From: a virus
Reading direction: 5' to 3' (one strand)
Length of the DNA stretch: 64,000 nucleotides
IMG/VR virus record: IMGVR_UViG_3300020182_000010
Coordinates: 32,001-96,000 of that record
Shown here: positions 19,401-29,343 of the stretch, one piece after another
Layout: every line of letters begins with the position of its first letter
Numbering within the stretch: the stretch's first letter is position 1
Position numbers and translations under genes: made by a program
The notes under the pieces: model-generated
The model's database searches: none
Seen by the model: only the letters and a program-made list of their open reading frames with translations
Told to the model about the DNA's origin: nothing

Positions 19401-19769
19401 ATCGCTTTGGTCAAATCTGTAAGTTTCACCTTCAGTTAATGTAACTGTTGGACTAGCGCCTATTTCATCAGTAATATAATATTTGTTACCAGTACTATAT
19501 GTGTTTGTACCACTGGCAACTGTGACTACATACGTTGTTCCGCTAAATGTTGCAGTAATAGCAGAATTAATATTACCGTCAACATCTGTTAGATCAGTTA
19601 AGTCTACCGGAACATCACTTAGTCTTGCCATTGGAATACCACCAGTTGTAACTCCATCATGTAGTATTATTCTGTTATTAGTGGTATCAAATGTAACTTC
19701 TGCCATTTCGCCTGTAAAGGATTCATGTTCTGTACTAGTGCCCTGGCGTAATTTTACTGATTTTGCCAT
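16452..19769 (-). CDS. tail fibre / virion adhesin with Mtd-like N-terminus, cupredoxin-like module and repeated LamG/ConA domains
   Basis: LRQGTSTEHESFTG...HDGVTTGG N-terminus; HPLKF...YYCQNHSGMG; repeated YFDGSG...F(T/S)IExW...WxHVA...FTPP; late promoter at 19800-19807. Confidence 0.85.
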   Translation of the reverse strand: MAKSVKLRQGTSTEHESFTGEMAEVTFDTTNNRIILHDGVTTGGIPMARLSDVPVDLTDLTDVDGNINSAITATFSGTTYVVTVASGTNTYSTGNKYYITDEIGASPTVTLTEGETYRFDQSDSTNAGHPLKFSTTANGTHDSGSEYTTGVTYNGVPGQTGAYTEITVEVGAPTLYYYCQNHSGMGSVGAAPAAPVENSPVLNSSNTTLLVTATGTSDNNNITDSSTNNHSITVNGDATASTFSPYRSGGYSTYFDGSGDKLKLGGSALSDFNFGTNSFSIEFWMYPTGAKGPIFNTHKVGTANGYYLGLTGTNQFIFGQYVSGGADYFSTVNAYELNEWNHVSLNRDANNGNSLKLYVNGSLVLTTTNSTNYNSYAYGPYIGGYEPGGTQYFFGGYISDLIVTNGSVLRTGGTSLSDVAFTPPTEAFESDANTALLISSSLPYIKDSSSNSHDITVTGDVSTMPLAPYDYSEYNPSIHGGSVYFDGSGDYLTVNDTNITNFGTNDFTIETWIYRNNTERLRLVDTRPTNTTGAYVTLGIHADGGVELYSDGNNLMGGLVGTINVDQWHHVAWVRNSGTVNIYIDGTSVGSVSNSTNFISGNFAIGLNSYAGEWPGSFNISDFQITKDVARYTADFTPPTAPLSSSGSSLHIKGTDASIIDKSQSSNELTLFGNTTGSSAQPKFADTKSMYFDGTGYVRVEDLGIGPLVTNEGFTIETWVNPTVLYSGNRAIFGLNKISNGDNVIVFTGMEGGAIYYGSTSYWTTSTNVPENEWSHVAVVVVGTSLKTYLNGSEVMSQTYSGLSTINWDDLILAIGGEFDAGDGGGIGNRIEGYIQDFRITKGLARYTENFTPPTKSLGSNVVPAETAAEVPAAGPAPMWSLSGDSATFAAVTTAKLDTNATNYVALHHPTGWGNSWGLEDGSYALLNNPNALDGPSPNRSVHVWSTDDLSEGMTYQYYIKFRTAQPTMWEGMTGITAGSSASYSYSQWLIAGTSYPHTLGWGSNGEFQYYTHSANGNTRLDTQGWIHFAIELQSNGRIVHYINGEVVVNEDASDISGLTNKANARFDTVNSWMTDIEVYTGGGIHNPDLLETPPGFTPPARKLA

Positions 19770-19810
19770 TTAATAATCTCCTAAAAATATTGTCTAACTA
19801 TATTTATCTA

Positions 19811-20050
19811 TTAAACGGAGAAAAACAGTGATAGTTTATCATATCCTCCAATATATTTGTTGTTCAACCAAATTTGAGGAACAGTACGTGGTACTACGTT
19901 TTCAATAGCCGCTGCTTCCAAAAGTTCTTGTTTTTTATCTGGGTGACTTGATATATTATATTCGACAAAGCTAATGCCTTTTTGTTCTAATAATTTTTTT
20001 GCTGCAACACAAAATCCACATCCATCTTTACTATATATTACTGCATTCAT
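19811..20050 (-). CDS. glutaredoxin
   Basis: CGFC, RTVPQI, IGGYD. Confidence 0.95.
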   Translation of the reverse strand: MNAVIYSKDGCGFCVAAKKLLEQKGISFVEYNISSHPDKKQELLEAAAIENVVPRTVPQIWLNNKYIGGYDKLSLFFSV

Positions 20051-20062
20051 TTAATTTTCCTT

Positions 20063-20188
20063 TTATTTTATTTTATGAATATACTTATACAGTTTAACAT
20101 AATATTCAAATGTTTTTGGATATGTTTCTGGATCAGGAAGTATACCTTTAAAATATTCTATAAAATCTTTTATTTGTTCATCTGACAT
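20063..20188 (-). CDS. small hypothetical protein (41 aa, not in the ORF track)
   Basis: hand-translated MSDEQIKDFIEYFKGILPDPETYPKTFEYYVKLY...*. Confidence 0.55.
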   Translation of the reverse strand: MSDEQIKDFIEYFKGILPDPETYPKTFEYYVKLYKYIHKIK

Positions 20189-20260
20189 AATAATTCAATT
20201 GTTTCATCTGTAATCAGTGTTTCTAAGTTAGACTTCATCTAACAGTTATTAATAATATTA

Positions 20261-21352
20261 TTACCAACCAATTCTTTCCCAAGGAACATCTTTGTTACCA
20301 AAGTGTCCATATACACAATTTTCACTGTATTTAGTATAGTTAAATAAATCAAATCTATCAATAATTCCTCTAGGAGTTAGATCAATACTTTCTTTAATAA
20401 ACTTTTGAATACTACGATTATGTCCGTTCGAATCAACATAGATACTTGTAGGTTCTTTAATACCGATAGCATAACTAAGTTGTATACTGCACCAATCTGC
20501 CATATTATCTGCCACAACATTCTTGGCAAGCCAACGAGCCATATATGCAGCGGAACGATCTACTTTAGTAGGATCTTTGCCACTAAAAGCACCACCACCG
20601 TGCGGAGCAAATCCGCCATAGGTATCAACAATAATTTTTCGTCCAGTAACACCGGCATCACCATCAGGACCACCTATAACAAAATTGCCAGTGGGATTAA
20701 TATGCCAGATTGTATCGTCATCGATCAAATCTCCCATGGCATGATGTGCGGCTTGTTTTGCAATTATTCTTGCTGCTTCTATTTCATTTTCTGTGTGTTG
20801 AGTACTAATAACAATTTGATCTGCGCGTTTTACTATACCACCTTCATATTGCATACTAACCTGTGATTTTGCATCTGGTCCTAATATACTGTCTAAATTT
20901 CTAACTTCTTTTAATTCTTTAAGAATTTTGTGAGCATAATAAATCGGGGCTGGCATATATGAATCATTATCATTACAAGCATAACCAAACATGATGCCTT
21001 GGTCACCAGCACCGAAGTTATCAGTACCTAAGGCAATATCTGAACTTTGTGAATGAATTTCATTATAGATTTTTAGTTTGTCCCAATGAAATCCCTTCTG
21101 TTCGTAACCGATATCACGAATTTTATTACGCACAATTTCCTTGACAGTATCTTTGCTTACGTTAAAGTTTTTCACTTCGCCAGCCAATGTCACATGATTC
21201 GTAGTCACAAGAGTTTCTACCGCAATACGAGTTGTTTCATCACCATTAGCAAGCCCCGCATCTACTAATGCATCTGAAATTTGATCTGCAACTTTATCTG
21301 GATGACCGTCACTAACACTTTCACTTGTAAAAATATAATTTCCTGGTTTCAT
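20261..21352 (-). CDS. metK: S-adenosylmethionine synthetase
   Basis: FTSESVSDGHPDK, GAGDQG, GPDGDAGVTGRKIIVDTYGG, GGGAFSGKD; likely start MKPGNY. Confidence 0.97.
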   Translation of the reverse strand: MKPGNYIFTSESVSDGHPDKVADQISDALVDAGLANGDETTRIAVETLVTTNHVTLAGEVKNFNVSKDTVKEIVRNKIRDIGYEQKGFHWDKLKIYNEIHSQSSDIALGTDNFGAGDQGIMFGYACNDNDSYMPAPIYYAHKILKELKEVRNLDSILGPDAKSQVSMQYEGGIVKRADQIVISTQHTENEIEAARIIAKQAAHHAMGDLIDDDTIWHINPTGNFVIGGPDGDAGVTGRKIIVDTYGGFAPHGGGAFSGKDPTKVDRSAAYMARWLAKNVVADNMADWCSIQLSYAIGIKEPTSIYVDSNGHNRSIQKFIKESIDLTPRGIIDRFDLFNYTKYSENCVYGHFGNKDVPWERIGW

Positions 21353-21368
21353 TATAATCTTTCTATTT

Positions 21369-21779
21369 TTATTTTTTTGCACTGCATACTAATTCACGCA
21401 GTTTACTTGAACTAAATCTATGATCCCGTTCATTGAAATATATTTCAATATCTCTTTTTTTACAAATATCTCTACCAGTAAAATCTTTATCACGATATTC
21501 TACTCCTAGAATGCGTATATCAATATGCATACCACTAAGAATATCTTCCAAATCTTTTTCGGTTGCATATGGAATAATTTCATCCACATACTTACACGCC
21601 CGTAATTGTAGATATCGTTCGACCACAGTTTGGACGGGTTTATTTTTTGTATCTCTGTCAATTGATGGATCTATTTGCAATCCCACAATTAAATAATCAC
21701 AATGTGATTTTGCTTCTTCTAACATAAGAGTATGTCCTGCATGTAGTAAGTCAAATGTTGATGCTGTGAAACCTATCAT
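21369..21779 (-). CDS. TagD-like cytidylyltransferase
   Basis: FDLLHAGH, LIVGL, KNKP, RDHRFSSS. Confidence 0.9.
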   Translation of the reverse strand: MIGFTASTFDLLHAGHTLMLEEAKSHCDYLIVGLQIDPSIDRDTKNKPVQTVVERYLQLRACKYVDEIIPYATEKDLEDILSGMHIDIRILGVEYRDKDFTGRDICKKRDIEIYFNERDHRFSSSKLRELVCSAKK

Positions 21780-21781
21780 TA

Positions 21782-22248
21782 TTATAACCTCATTAAAAAA
21801 TCTGCTGCATCTATTTCATTTCTGAAATTAATAGTTGCTGTACTAATATATTTGTCTATATGACAAGAAAAGTCTCTAGATTCATACCGAGAGACTAAAT
21901 CATTTCTTAATTCTACATCACTTGTGCCATCATACATGACAACTACTGCATATGGCAGTTTTACATCTTTAATCATTAATGATTTTACTAGTTTCATTCC
22001 AGACATATTTCATTCATACCAGTCATTACAGATAAGCAAGTACTATCTAGATTAAATTCCATAACTGTTGTCCACATTATTGGCAGAAACGCTGCTGTAA
22101 GTATAGTGATAATAATACCAGAAATAGTTAAAATCATATCATCTGGATTTTTAGGCAATGCTGTTACCATCATTATTGTTACTATAATCAACATTACTAA
22201 ACATATTGTTAATAACATTGTCAGCCATACAAAAAACGTTTCAGCCAT
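21782..22248 (-). other. two small hypothetical ORFs (21782-22006; 21994-22248, 2 TM)
   Basis: co-oriented, overlapping ORFs. Confidence 0.55.
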
Positions 22249-22258
22249 ATTTAATCAC

Positions 22259-23428
22259 CTATATTTTAGTAGTAGAATTTGCATATACTGAATTAAATTG
22301 ATTATTTACTCTAACAAATGTTGTACACTTTGTCAACTGTTTTAATTTTTGAGCGCCCGCATATGTACAAGTTGATCTAATACCTCCAAGAATATCTTGT
22401 AGTGTGCTTTCAACTTCTCCACGATATGGTACGAGAACTTCTCTGCCTTCACTACTTCTATAATTCTTTAGTCCACCAAAGTGCTTTGTGTTGGCTGCGT
22501 CACTGCTCATACCATAAAACTGTACAAATCGCTTTTCTTTATATACTGGTTCATAAAAATTATCATCGGTTTTGATAACTTCATCTGTTTCGTAAATCTT
22601 TGTTATTACTTCGCCACCGCCCTCAACATGTCCAGCAAGCATACCACCTAGCATCACAAAATCAGCACCAGCAGCAAATGCTTTAGCAATATCACCTGGA
22701 CAAGTACAACCGCCGTCAGCGATAATGTGACCACCAAGCCCGTGAGCAGCATCGGCACATTCAATGACCGCTGAGAGTTGCGGATATCCCACCCCAGTTT
22801 GAATACGTGTTGTACAAACACTTCCAGGGCCGATGCCCACTTTAACAATATCTGCACCATTTAAAATTAACTCTTGTGTTTGATCCGCAGTGACAACATT
22901 GCCAGCAATGATTACAATATTAGGATATAATAGTCTAAAGTCGGCAACAAAATTAGTAAATCGTTCACTGTAACCATTAGCCACATCAATGCATACATAT
23001 TTTAAATTAGAATTAACGTGTGTATGCACACTTTTAAATTTTTTTAAATCTTGTTCACCAATCCCAATACTCATTGCAATATGTTCTTTATATTTTGAAT
23101 TTGAATTGAAAAATTCAATTAATTCATCAGAACTATATGTTTTAACCAAGCAAGTAAAAACGCCTTGTTCTGCTAAAGTAGTTGCCATTGCAAATGTACC
23201 AACTCCATCCATATTTGCTGCCATAATTGGTATACCATCAAAATCGGATTCAACATATGGACCCGCTGGATATCCAGAAGGTAGAACATCAATGTTTAAT
23301 AACGGAGAATAGTTTCGAAAAATAAATTCTCTGTTTAAATCAACATCTTTTCGTGAACTAAGTATTGATCTTTTAGGCCGAATAAGAACATCACTATAAT
23401 CAAGTAATACTTCATTTTCGATACGCAT
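22259..23428 (-). CDS. guaC: GMP reductase
   Basis: [51 protein letters not shown]. Confidence 0.95.
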   Translation of the reverse strand: MRIENEVLLDYSDVLIRPKRSILSSRKDVDLNREFIFRNYSPLLNIDVLPSGYPAGPYVESDFDGIPIMAANMDGVGTFAMATTLAEQGVFTCLVKTYSSDELIEFFNSNSKYKEHIAMSIGIGEQDLKKFKSVHTHVNSNLKYVCIDVANGYSERFTNFVADFRLLYPNIVIIAGNVVTADQTQELILNGADIVKVGIGPGSVCTTRIQTGVGYPQLSAVIECADAAHGLGGHIIADGGCTCPGDIAKAFAAGADFVMLGGMLAGHVEGGGEVITKIYETDEVIKTDDNFYEPVYKEKRFVQFYGMSSDAANTKHFGGLKNYRSSEGREVLVPYRGEVESTLQDILGGIRSTCTYAGAQKLKQLTKCTTFVRVNNQFNSVYANSTTKI

Positions 23429-24039
23429 TATGTAGTTGCCTCCGATTCTACTTCTTCAACATGCCCATATTCATCACATTCAACAACAGTCACATTACAA
23501 TGAATTTCAAACTGATTATCAAGAAATTCCCAACCTAGTTCCTCGACTCCTTCTTCATATTCTTCATTATATGCTTCTTCGATTTCTTCCATCATCTCGT
23601 CAACGTCTGATAGTTTGGGTCCATTTGTTTTAATTGACCAATCTTCCCAGCAACCATCCCAACAGTCTAGCATTTCTGCATGTGGATAGTCTTCTGTTAA
23701 ATCAATCCATTCATCGTCAGTTGATGGAAGTAGAACATCTAAGATAGAAAAATCTTCTGGTAGTTTTTCTACATCATCTTCATAATAGGTGCACCCATGG
23801 TCACTTGCAAAATCGAATACACTATCATATCCTTGTTCTTTGATATATTCATCAATTTCTTCTTGTGTATCTGGGATAGAAAGCATAAACGATCCCCATC
23901 GCCATCCAAGTTCTTTATGAAGGAACGCAAACTTACCTTTATCTTCATCGTTGTTAGTTAATTCTTCAAGCGGTCTACGAAAGTATGTAAACTCTACTAC
24001 TGATTTTTTGCGAGTTGGTTCAATTCTAAAATGTTTCAT
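23428..24039 (-). CDS. acidic hypothetical protein
   Basis: 203 aa, GWRWGSF...WDGCW. Confidence 0.75.
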   Translation of the reverse strand: MKHFRIEPTRKKSVVEFTYFRRPLEELTNNDEDKGKFAFLHKELGWRWGSFMLSIPDTQEEIDEYIKEQGYDSVFDFASDHGCTYYEDDVEKLPEDFSILDVLLPSTDDEWIDLTEDYPHAEMLDCWDGCWEDWSIKTNGPKLSDVDEMMEEIEEAYNEEYEEGVEELGWEFLDNQFEIHCNVTVVECDEYGHVEEVESEATT

Positions 24040-24077
24040 TATATACCTATTTCACTTATATTACAAATAAAAGCCTT

Positions 24078-24115
24078 CCCGGGCGAAGTCTAACCGGTTA
24101 GGATCTTCGCCCAGG
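24078..24115 (-). other. GC-rich stem-loop 3' of 24126..24404 (terminator or processing site)
   Basis: CCUGGGCGAAG-auc-CUAAC-cg-GUUAG-a-CUUCGCCCGGG. Confidence 0.7.
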
Positions 24116-24125
24116 ATCATGAGAT

Positions 24126-24404
24126 TTATTGTTGAGAGTTTGATCCCATGATTTCTTTAAACTCAGTGATGATTTCACTATCCACAAGTTCGGAACGATA
24201 TAGTGCATATCGTTTTGTATTACCGTTATATACACCTACCTCGGTCACATCACCTCGGTCGTTTGTTGCCATCATGCCGTAAAGTTTATCACGGCCTCTC
24301 AAATTTTTCACCAAGCGAACTGCTTCCTCCATTGAAGGCGTCATTCGTCGTGATGGTCGTTTACCCTTATAATTATTTGTACGGGCATTTGGTTGATTTG
24401 TCAT
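24126..24404 (-). CDS. small basic hypothetical protein
   Basis: 92 aa, Arg/Lys-rich N-terminus; GAGGA RBS; own sigma70 promoter at 24451-24479. Confidence 0.75.
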   Translation of the reverse strand: MTNQPNARTNNYKGKRPSRRMTPSMEEAVRLVKNLRGRDKLYGMMATNDRGDVTEVGVYNGNTKRYALYRSELVDSEIITEFKEIMGSNSQQ

Positions 24405-24488
24405 TTATACATTCCTCTTATGACAAGTTACATTTAAGTTTAACATTTTAATTATTGCACATATTTGTGCGATTGTCAAGAATTATTT

Positions 24489-25118
24489 TTAATTCCAGCG
24501 ATAAAAGATATGTGATCCAATACGTCCGATCAGATCCATACCACGATCACTGCGCCAGTTTGGTTTAACATAGGTAGCATGATAGTGTGTAGCACCCTCC
24601 GTAATACCACGAAAACGTTCATCGTGCATCATTTCCCATGCAACCATTTGTGCACGGACCCAGTTTTCAGAACCTTCTGGTACTTTATCTGACTTGCCGT
24701 CACAATACCAAGAAAATTGGCACCTATTTCGACGCATATTGCCACGGCTATCTTTTTGTCCATCATACACTACTTCACATACCGTACTAGGATAATGCGA
24801 ATGTAATACTCGATTTAATACTACATCTGCAACTGCTGCCATGCCAGCATGATTATCTATTCCACTTTCAAAGAAAATATTCTGTGCCATACAAAATTCT
24901 TGCTTGTATTTTTTAGGCGAATATAGAAAGTATTCTTTATCTCTGCGTGATTTATAGTCAGATGCAGAGGCTAATACTACCATGTTTTCTACTGGTTGCA
25001 CGACATTTTGTAGAGTCGTAGTTTCATTTTTTACACTTGCCTGTGGGGTTGTTACACTAACTAGTGTGGTAAGAATTGCTGCATTCACTGAGTATGCTAT
25101 TACATTTTTCAGTTTCAT
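24489..25118 (-). CDS. SleB/CwlJ-family cell wall hydrolase
   Basis: signal peptide; CMAQNIFFE, VLNRV, CEVV, CQFSWYCDGK, GATHYHA, IGSHIFY. Confidence 0.92.
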   Translation of the reverse strand: MKLKNVIAYSVNAAILTTLVSVTTPQASVKNETTTLQNVVQPVENMVVLASASDYKSRRDKEYFLYSPKKYKQEFCMAQNIFFESGIDNHAGMAAVADVVLNRVLHSHYPSTVCEVVYDGQKDSRGNMRRNRCQFSWYCDGKSDKVPEGSENWVRAQMVAWEMMHDERFRGITEGATHYHATYVKPNWRSDRGMDLIGRIGSHIFYRWN

Positions 25119-25152
25119 TTTATACCTGCACGATTGTTTCTGTTATATAACT

Positions 25153-25181
25153 TTTATACAGTGATTCGTTTTAAATGTCAA
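25153..25181 (-). promoter_or_regulatory. early promoter with GANTC/YGAKTCG
   Basis: TTGACAtttaaaaCGAATCActgTATAAA. Confidence 0.85.
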
Positions 25182-25184
25182 CCG

Positions 25185-25652
25185 TTATTTTACGTATATT
25201 TTTAAAACCTCATATTCAATAACATCATCTCCACGGATTAATTCGGCAACATCTCCCACACCCAGTCCCAATAATTCACGACCAAGTGGTGATTTAAAAC
25301 TAATACTACCGTTACTTGGATCACTTTCACTTTCGCCAAGGATCGTATATGTTACGATTTTATCAACGAAAAAGTTTTCTAATTGTACTGTTAATCCTGG
25401 TGCAACTTTATCATAGTTTCCAGGAGATGGAATTATAAGAAGTTTACTATTTTGAATAATTGCTTCGAGTCTAGCGATTTCTATATCAACACGATTCATT
25501 TCATCCAATGACATATGAAGTTCTTCATTCTCTTCAATGCCACCATTTTCACGTGCAGCAGATAGTTGTTCTGCAATAATGGGTTTCTTTTTATTTAAAA
25601 CTGTAATTTTATTTTCTAGATCAGTACGACCATTTTGCGTTATTAAGTCCAT
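25185..25652 (-). CDS. greA: GreA/GreB-family transcription elongation factor
   Basis: ARENGGIEENEE, YTILG..E.D...ISFKSPLG..LLG..VGD; likely start MDLITQNG. Confidence 0.88.
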   Translation of the reverse strand: MDLITQNGRTDLENKITVLNKKKPIIAEQLSAARENGGIEENEELHMSLDEMNRVDIEIARLEAIIQNSKLLIIPSPGNYDKVAPGLTVQLENFFVDKIVTYTILGESESDPSNGSISFKSPLGRELLGLGVGDVAELIRGDDVIEYEVLKIYVK

Positions 25653-25729
25653 ATCTTTATTATATTCCTGATCATTATTATTATTGTCGGTATATTTATC
25701 GTTTTGTAACGTTTTGAAGCCAGTAATAT

Positions 25730-26519
25730 TCATAATAGTTCCTCAAATTTAATAGTTTTTCTAATTTCATCAAAATGTCGGTAAAACGGGTTTAAATCTC
25801 CATTACTTTTTTTATAAGATTGTGTTTTACTTTCAAGTATAGCAGATTCATACAACATTGTAATAATAATCATATCATCTGAAAGTTCTTGTTCACTGGG
25901 ATCATTGCCGTCAGAATATAAATCGCTAATTACAAAATGAGCCATACGTGACGTAGGAGAATTATTTAGAATGTATTCAAGTTCATCAGGTTCGCATGAT
26001 GGCCAAGGAACATCTTTTACGCCTTTTTCACCAGTTGAATAATCCTGTGTTCCACGTATAATATCATCCAAAGTTTTCCAACAATCTTCCTCCAATTTTT
26101 CATCATTCTTTGCTTTAACAATGTCACTAAAATTAATAATATTATTAGTCATTTTGTTTCTCCATATTCTACTACTTTAGTATTTTTTGATTTCCATATA
26201 GATGCGAATTGTTTAGCATCTTTTATATTATCAAATGTCTTAACTGTCAAATCCCAACAGTTCTCACTATTATCCTCAGTTACATAAATCCAATCATCAT
26301 CGGCAAGTTCTAATTTAATTGCATATTTCATTGTTTATTCTTTGATTCTTGATTAATTCTAAAGTCAGTGTAACTGGTATTCCATAGATTTAGTATAAAG
26401 TATATACCAAATCCACCTACTGCTGACATAAGAATATTCCCAGTAAGTAATAGTCTAATGTTCATAAAAATAAAATCAGCAGCAAGAAATGCCACTGGAT
26501 AATCATACCATCTAATCAT
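25730..26519 (-). other. three hypothetical ORFs (25730-26152, 26149-26331, 26328-26519)
   Basis: ATGA-coupled, co-oriented ORFs. Confidence 0.65.
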
Positions 26520-26679
26520 CTAAACTTCCTATCTATCCATTTCTTTCCGACATATAATATAGCAACTACAAAGACAATAACACCAAGTAAAATGCTTTCT
26601 AATATTATATCACCCTGGCTACTATCTATTTCAATGCCGTCAGTTGTCACTGCAATTCGGCAATCTTCACATGAATTAT

Positions 26680-27072
26680 TCATCGGCGCATACTTGCAAT
26701 ATCTTTTGCATCTTCTTTTTTATCAGCAAAAATAGGAACCATATTTGATTTATGCATTGTGGCAATACCAAGTAGTTGCCGCTCACCACTATATGTATTT
26801 GCTTCTTTTGCTGGGCCATGCGATGAAATCTGATTACTCAGTTCAACATCGGGTTTATTCTCTGTATAATTAGGAATATTATTCACGTGCTTGCGTTTGC
26901 CATATTTGTCATACAGTTTGCCATCAAGTTGATCCTGACTTACACCCATCTTGCGCATAAACTTTTCATGTTCTGCTTCAGCCTTAATTAACTTTGCTGT
27001 TTTCTTACGTTTAGATTTCTTACTATTATACTTTGTTGTGGTCATGTGTGGACCAAGTAAGTGCATTGACAT
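26680..27072 (-). CDS. basic hypothetical phage protein
   Basis: MSMHL...GIATMHKSNMVP...DIASMRR; likely start at 27072 after GGAGG. Confidence 0.75.
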   Translation of the reverse strand: MSMHLLGPHMTTTKYNSKKSKRKKTAKLIKAEAEHEKFMRKMGVSQDQLDGKLYDKYGKRKHVNNIPNYTENKPDVELSNQISSHGPAKEANTYSGERQLLGIATMHKSNMVPIFADKKEDAKDIASMRR

Positions 27073-27377
27073 TACGCTGCCTCCAAATGTTCTTTGATAG
27101 CAGTACACATTCTTGCATGTGTTTCGATAAAATCTGGACTTCCAAATAATTCTTGCAAGAAACCATGAGCCGCATACTCTGGAGATTGTACATAACTTGC
27201 TAGTAATTCATTATAACGATCTTCTGTATACGGTTCTACTAAGAATGGATGATCGTCAAACGGAAGACGATATTTTTCCATTTCTAGTGCGTACTCTTCT
27301 TCAGTAAGCAAGCATGATTGATAAAGTGGTGTGAGTCCTGGAAAGGTTACAATGTAGGCTGGCATCTTATTTGACAT
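27072..27377 (-). CDS. hypothetical protein
   Basis: 101 aa; sigma70-like promoter at 27415-27443. Confidence 0.65.
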   Translation of the reverse strand: MSNKMPAYIVTFPGLTPLYQSCLLTEEEYALEMEKYRLPFDDHPFLVEPYTEDRYNELLASYVQSPEYAAHGFLQELFGSPDFIETHARMCTAIKEHLEAA

Positions 27378-27543
27378 TTTTTACGCTCCGGAGCAAATTT
27401 CATTCTATGCCAATAACTTAACATAACAGATTGTTATTGTCAAGAGTTAATTTTGAAATACAAGTATTTAATTTGAATTAACTACCTATAAATACAATTG
27501 AGAGAATAGAAATGAGAAACTAGTAATTTACTAGGAGAGGGTA

Positions 27544-28005
27544 ATGATTGATCCGGTAACCGCCATTGGTTTGGCAACAACCGCCTTTAATGGAATTAAA
27601 AAAGCCATTGAGACAGGAAAAGAAATATCAGATATGGGAACTCAACTTGGACAATGGGCTAAAGCCAAATCCGATTTAGATTTCGCCCATCATAAAGCAA
27701 AAAATCCCCCACTATTTAAAAAGGTACTTAGTTCCAATATAGAACAAGATGCCTTGGAAGCCTGGGCACATAAGAAAAAGGCAGAGGAAATGCGTGAGGA
27801 ATTACGGCAGTATATTTCCCTATATTATGGTCCATCTGCTTGGGATGAAATAGTAACAATTGAATCTAAAATGCGTAAACAACGTAAAGAAATGGTTTAT
27901 GCTGCCGAAGAACGTAAAGAATTGATGATTGCATGGATTATTGGTGGTGGTATTTTTGTATTTGCTGCTATTATTTTTGCCATCGGTGTATCATACCTTA
28001 CCTGA
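27544..28005 (+). CDS. late-expressed membrane-anchored coiled-coil protein
   Basis: MIDPVTAIG start, C-terminal TM; TATAAATA at 27487-27494; AGGAG RBS. Confidence 0.8.
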   Translation: MIDPVTAIGLATTAFNGIKKAIETGKEISDMGTQLGQWAKAKSDLDFAHHKAKNPPLFKKVLSSNIEQDALEAWAHKKKAEEMREELRQYISLYYGPSAWDEIVTIESKMRKQRKEMVYAAEERKELMIAWIIGGGIFVFAAIIFAIGVSYLT

Positions 28006-28010
28006 TAAAC

Positions 28011-28412
28011 TTAGGTACAAAGACCGGCTATCATTTGATAATGATTCCATGCTTGCTTTACCGATGGCAAGTTTTCTAAATCATCAACTGGTACCGCACA
28101 ATCAAGCCATACATATGGGACTATTGGAAAACTATCAATTGAACCAGACGCAAGTGGCATATGTAGTTTTCCCATATCATCTAATGTTATAACTAGTTTT
28201 CTAAATTCATTTTTTAGTGCGATATATTTGCCTGCCGTCGGACTTTTTAGATTATCTAAAAATGAATCCCATGCACGATTCCATTCGCTTGTCTTTCTCG
28301 GATCAAATCTATATATTCTAACCATTATAACTAAGACTTCATTAGGTGTTATATCTTTTTCATATAAATCTATTAAGCACTGTCCAAAATTCATACCAAT
28401 TTTCATTTGCAT
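28011..28412 (-). CDS. hypothetical protein, paralogue of 28403..28810
   Basis: shared G.N...C..DL N-terminus and VK.AW.HY.M.AGLC C-terminus. Confidence 0.75.
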   Translation of the reverse strand: MQMKIGMNFGQCLIDLYEKDITPNEVLVIMVRIYRFDPRKTSEWNRAWDSFLDNLKSPTAGKYIALKNEFRKLVITLDDMGKLHMPLASGSIDSFPIVPYVWLDCAVPVDDLENLPSVKQAWNHYQMIAGLCT

Positions 28413-28810
28413 AATCCTGCCAGCATTCTATAATGATCCCATGCAAGTTTTACAGCAGGTTCCATATCCTTCTCTCTTAGATTTATAGTATACCAATGTT
28501 CTTTTAATGACATAGATTGAAAATCCATTGCTCTTGTTGGAGATATAGTATCTCTATTTAAAATAGTTCCGTTCTCATGTAATTCAGTTATTAAATTTAC
28601 AACAGTATCATAGTCAAATAGATACAAACTATTTCTGCCCTGACTCCAATGTGCGGTCATGGGATCAATTTGCATCTTCCACCAATTATCAAGCGTTTCT
28701 GTATTTTTATGTATATCTTTATATGTAACAATACAATAGACAGTATCTAGGTCTACTTCTTCGTGTAATAAATCACTTATACAGAATTCTAAGTTGGTAC
28801 CAAAAATCAT
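28403..28810 (-). CDS. hypothetical protein, paralogue of 28011..28412
   Basis: same shared motifs. Confidence 0.75.
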   Translation of the reverse strand: MIFGTNLEFCISDLLHEEVDLDTVYCIVTYKDIHKNTETLDNWWKMQIDPMTAHWSQGRNSLYLFDYDTVVNLITELHENGTILNRDTISPTRAMDFQSMSLKEHWYTINLREKDMEPAVKLAWDHYRMLAGLCK

Positions 28811-29343
28811 TGTGTTAATTGTAACTCATTATAAACTTCTTGGATACATATACTCTGCACTCTACAATCTTCTAACGCATTATGTGCCGCAAACTTAAAC
28901 TTTTTACGAGGATCTTCTGGCATCAAACCAAATAAGGTTCTACTATCCCTAATATTCCAAAAAACCCAATTAAAATGCTTATCATATTGTCTATATAAAT
29001 TTTCTAATATACATATATCAAAAACAGGTCCTTGACACCAAATTTTGTCTGCGCCTGTTAACCATTTATTTAACTCTTTTAATGTAGTTTCAACACTTGT
29101 ACGATTGTTGTCGCCCAGGGCTTCATCAACAATTTCATCAGGCTGTGTTCCCCACCACTGTAAAGTGTCAGATTCTATATCTCTACCTTTAGAAGTTTGG
29201 TCTTCTATCTCTAATCTATAGTAAAACTCACTATGCGGATCTACTTTTGTAAATGGATCAAACTTAATACCACCGATAGTTAATACAACCGCATTTGGTT
29301 TTGTACTTAGTGTTTCAATGTCAATCGTTGCGTGTGTTGTCAT
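28807..29343 (-). CDS. DEDDh 3'-5' exonuclease (RNase AS-like)
   Basis: IDIETL, GPVFD, RDSRT, HNALED. Confidence 0.88.
   Translation of the reverse strand: MTTHATIDIETLSTKPNAVVLTIGGIKFDPFTKVDPHSEFYYRLEIEDQTSKGRDIESDTLQWWGTQPDEIVDEALGDNNRTSVETTLKELNKWLTGADKIWCQGPVFDICILENLYRQYDKHFNWVFWNIRDSRTLFGLMPEDPRKKFKFAAHNALEDCRVQSICIQEVYNELQLTQ

Noticed and set aside
16452-19769. Diversity-generating retroelement target (Mtd-like N-terminus)
   Set aside because: No reverse transcriptase and no template/variable repeat pair seen in the window.
27468-27482. Possible CtrA box
   Set aside because: Spacing is TTAA-N6-TTAAC, not N7, and TTAA is common in AT-rich DNA.
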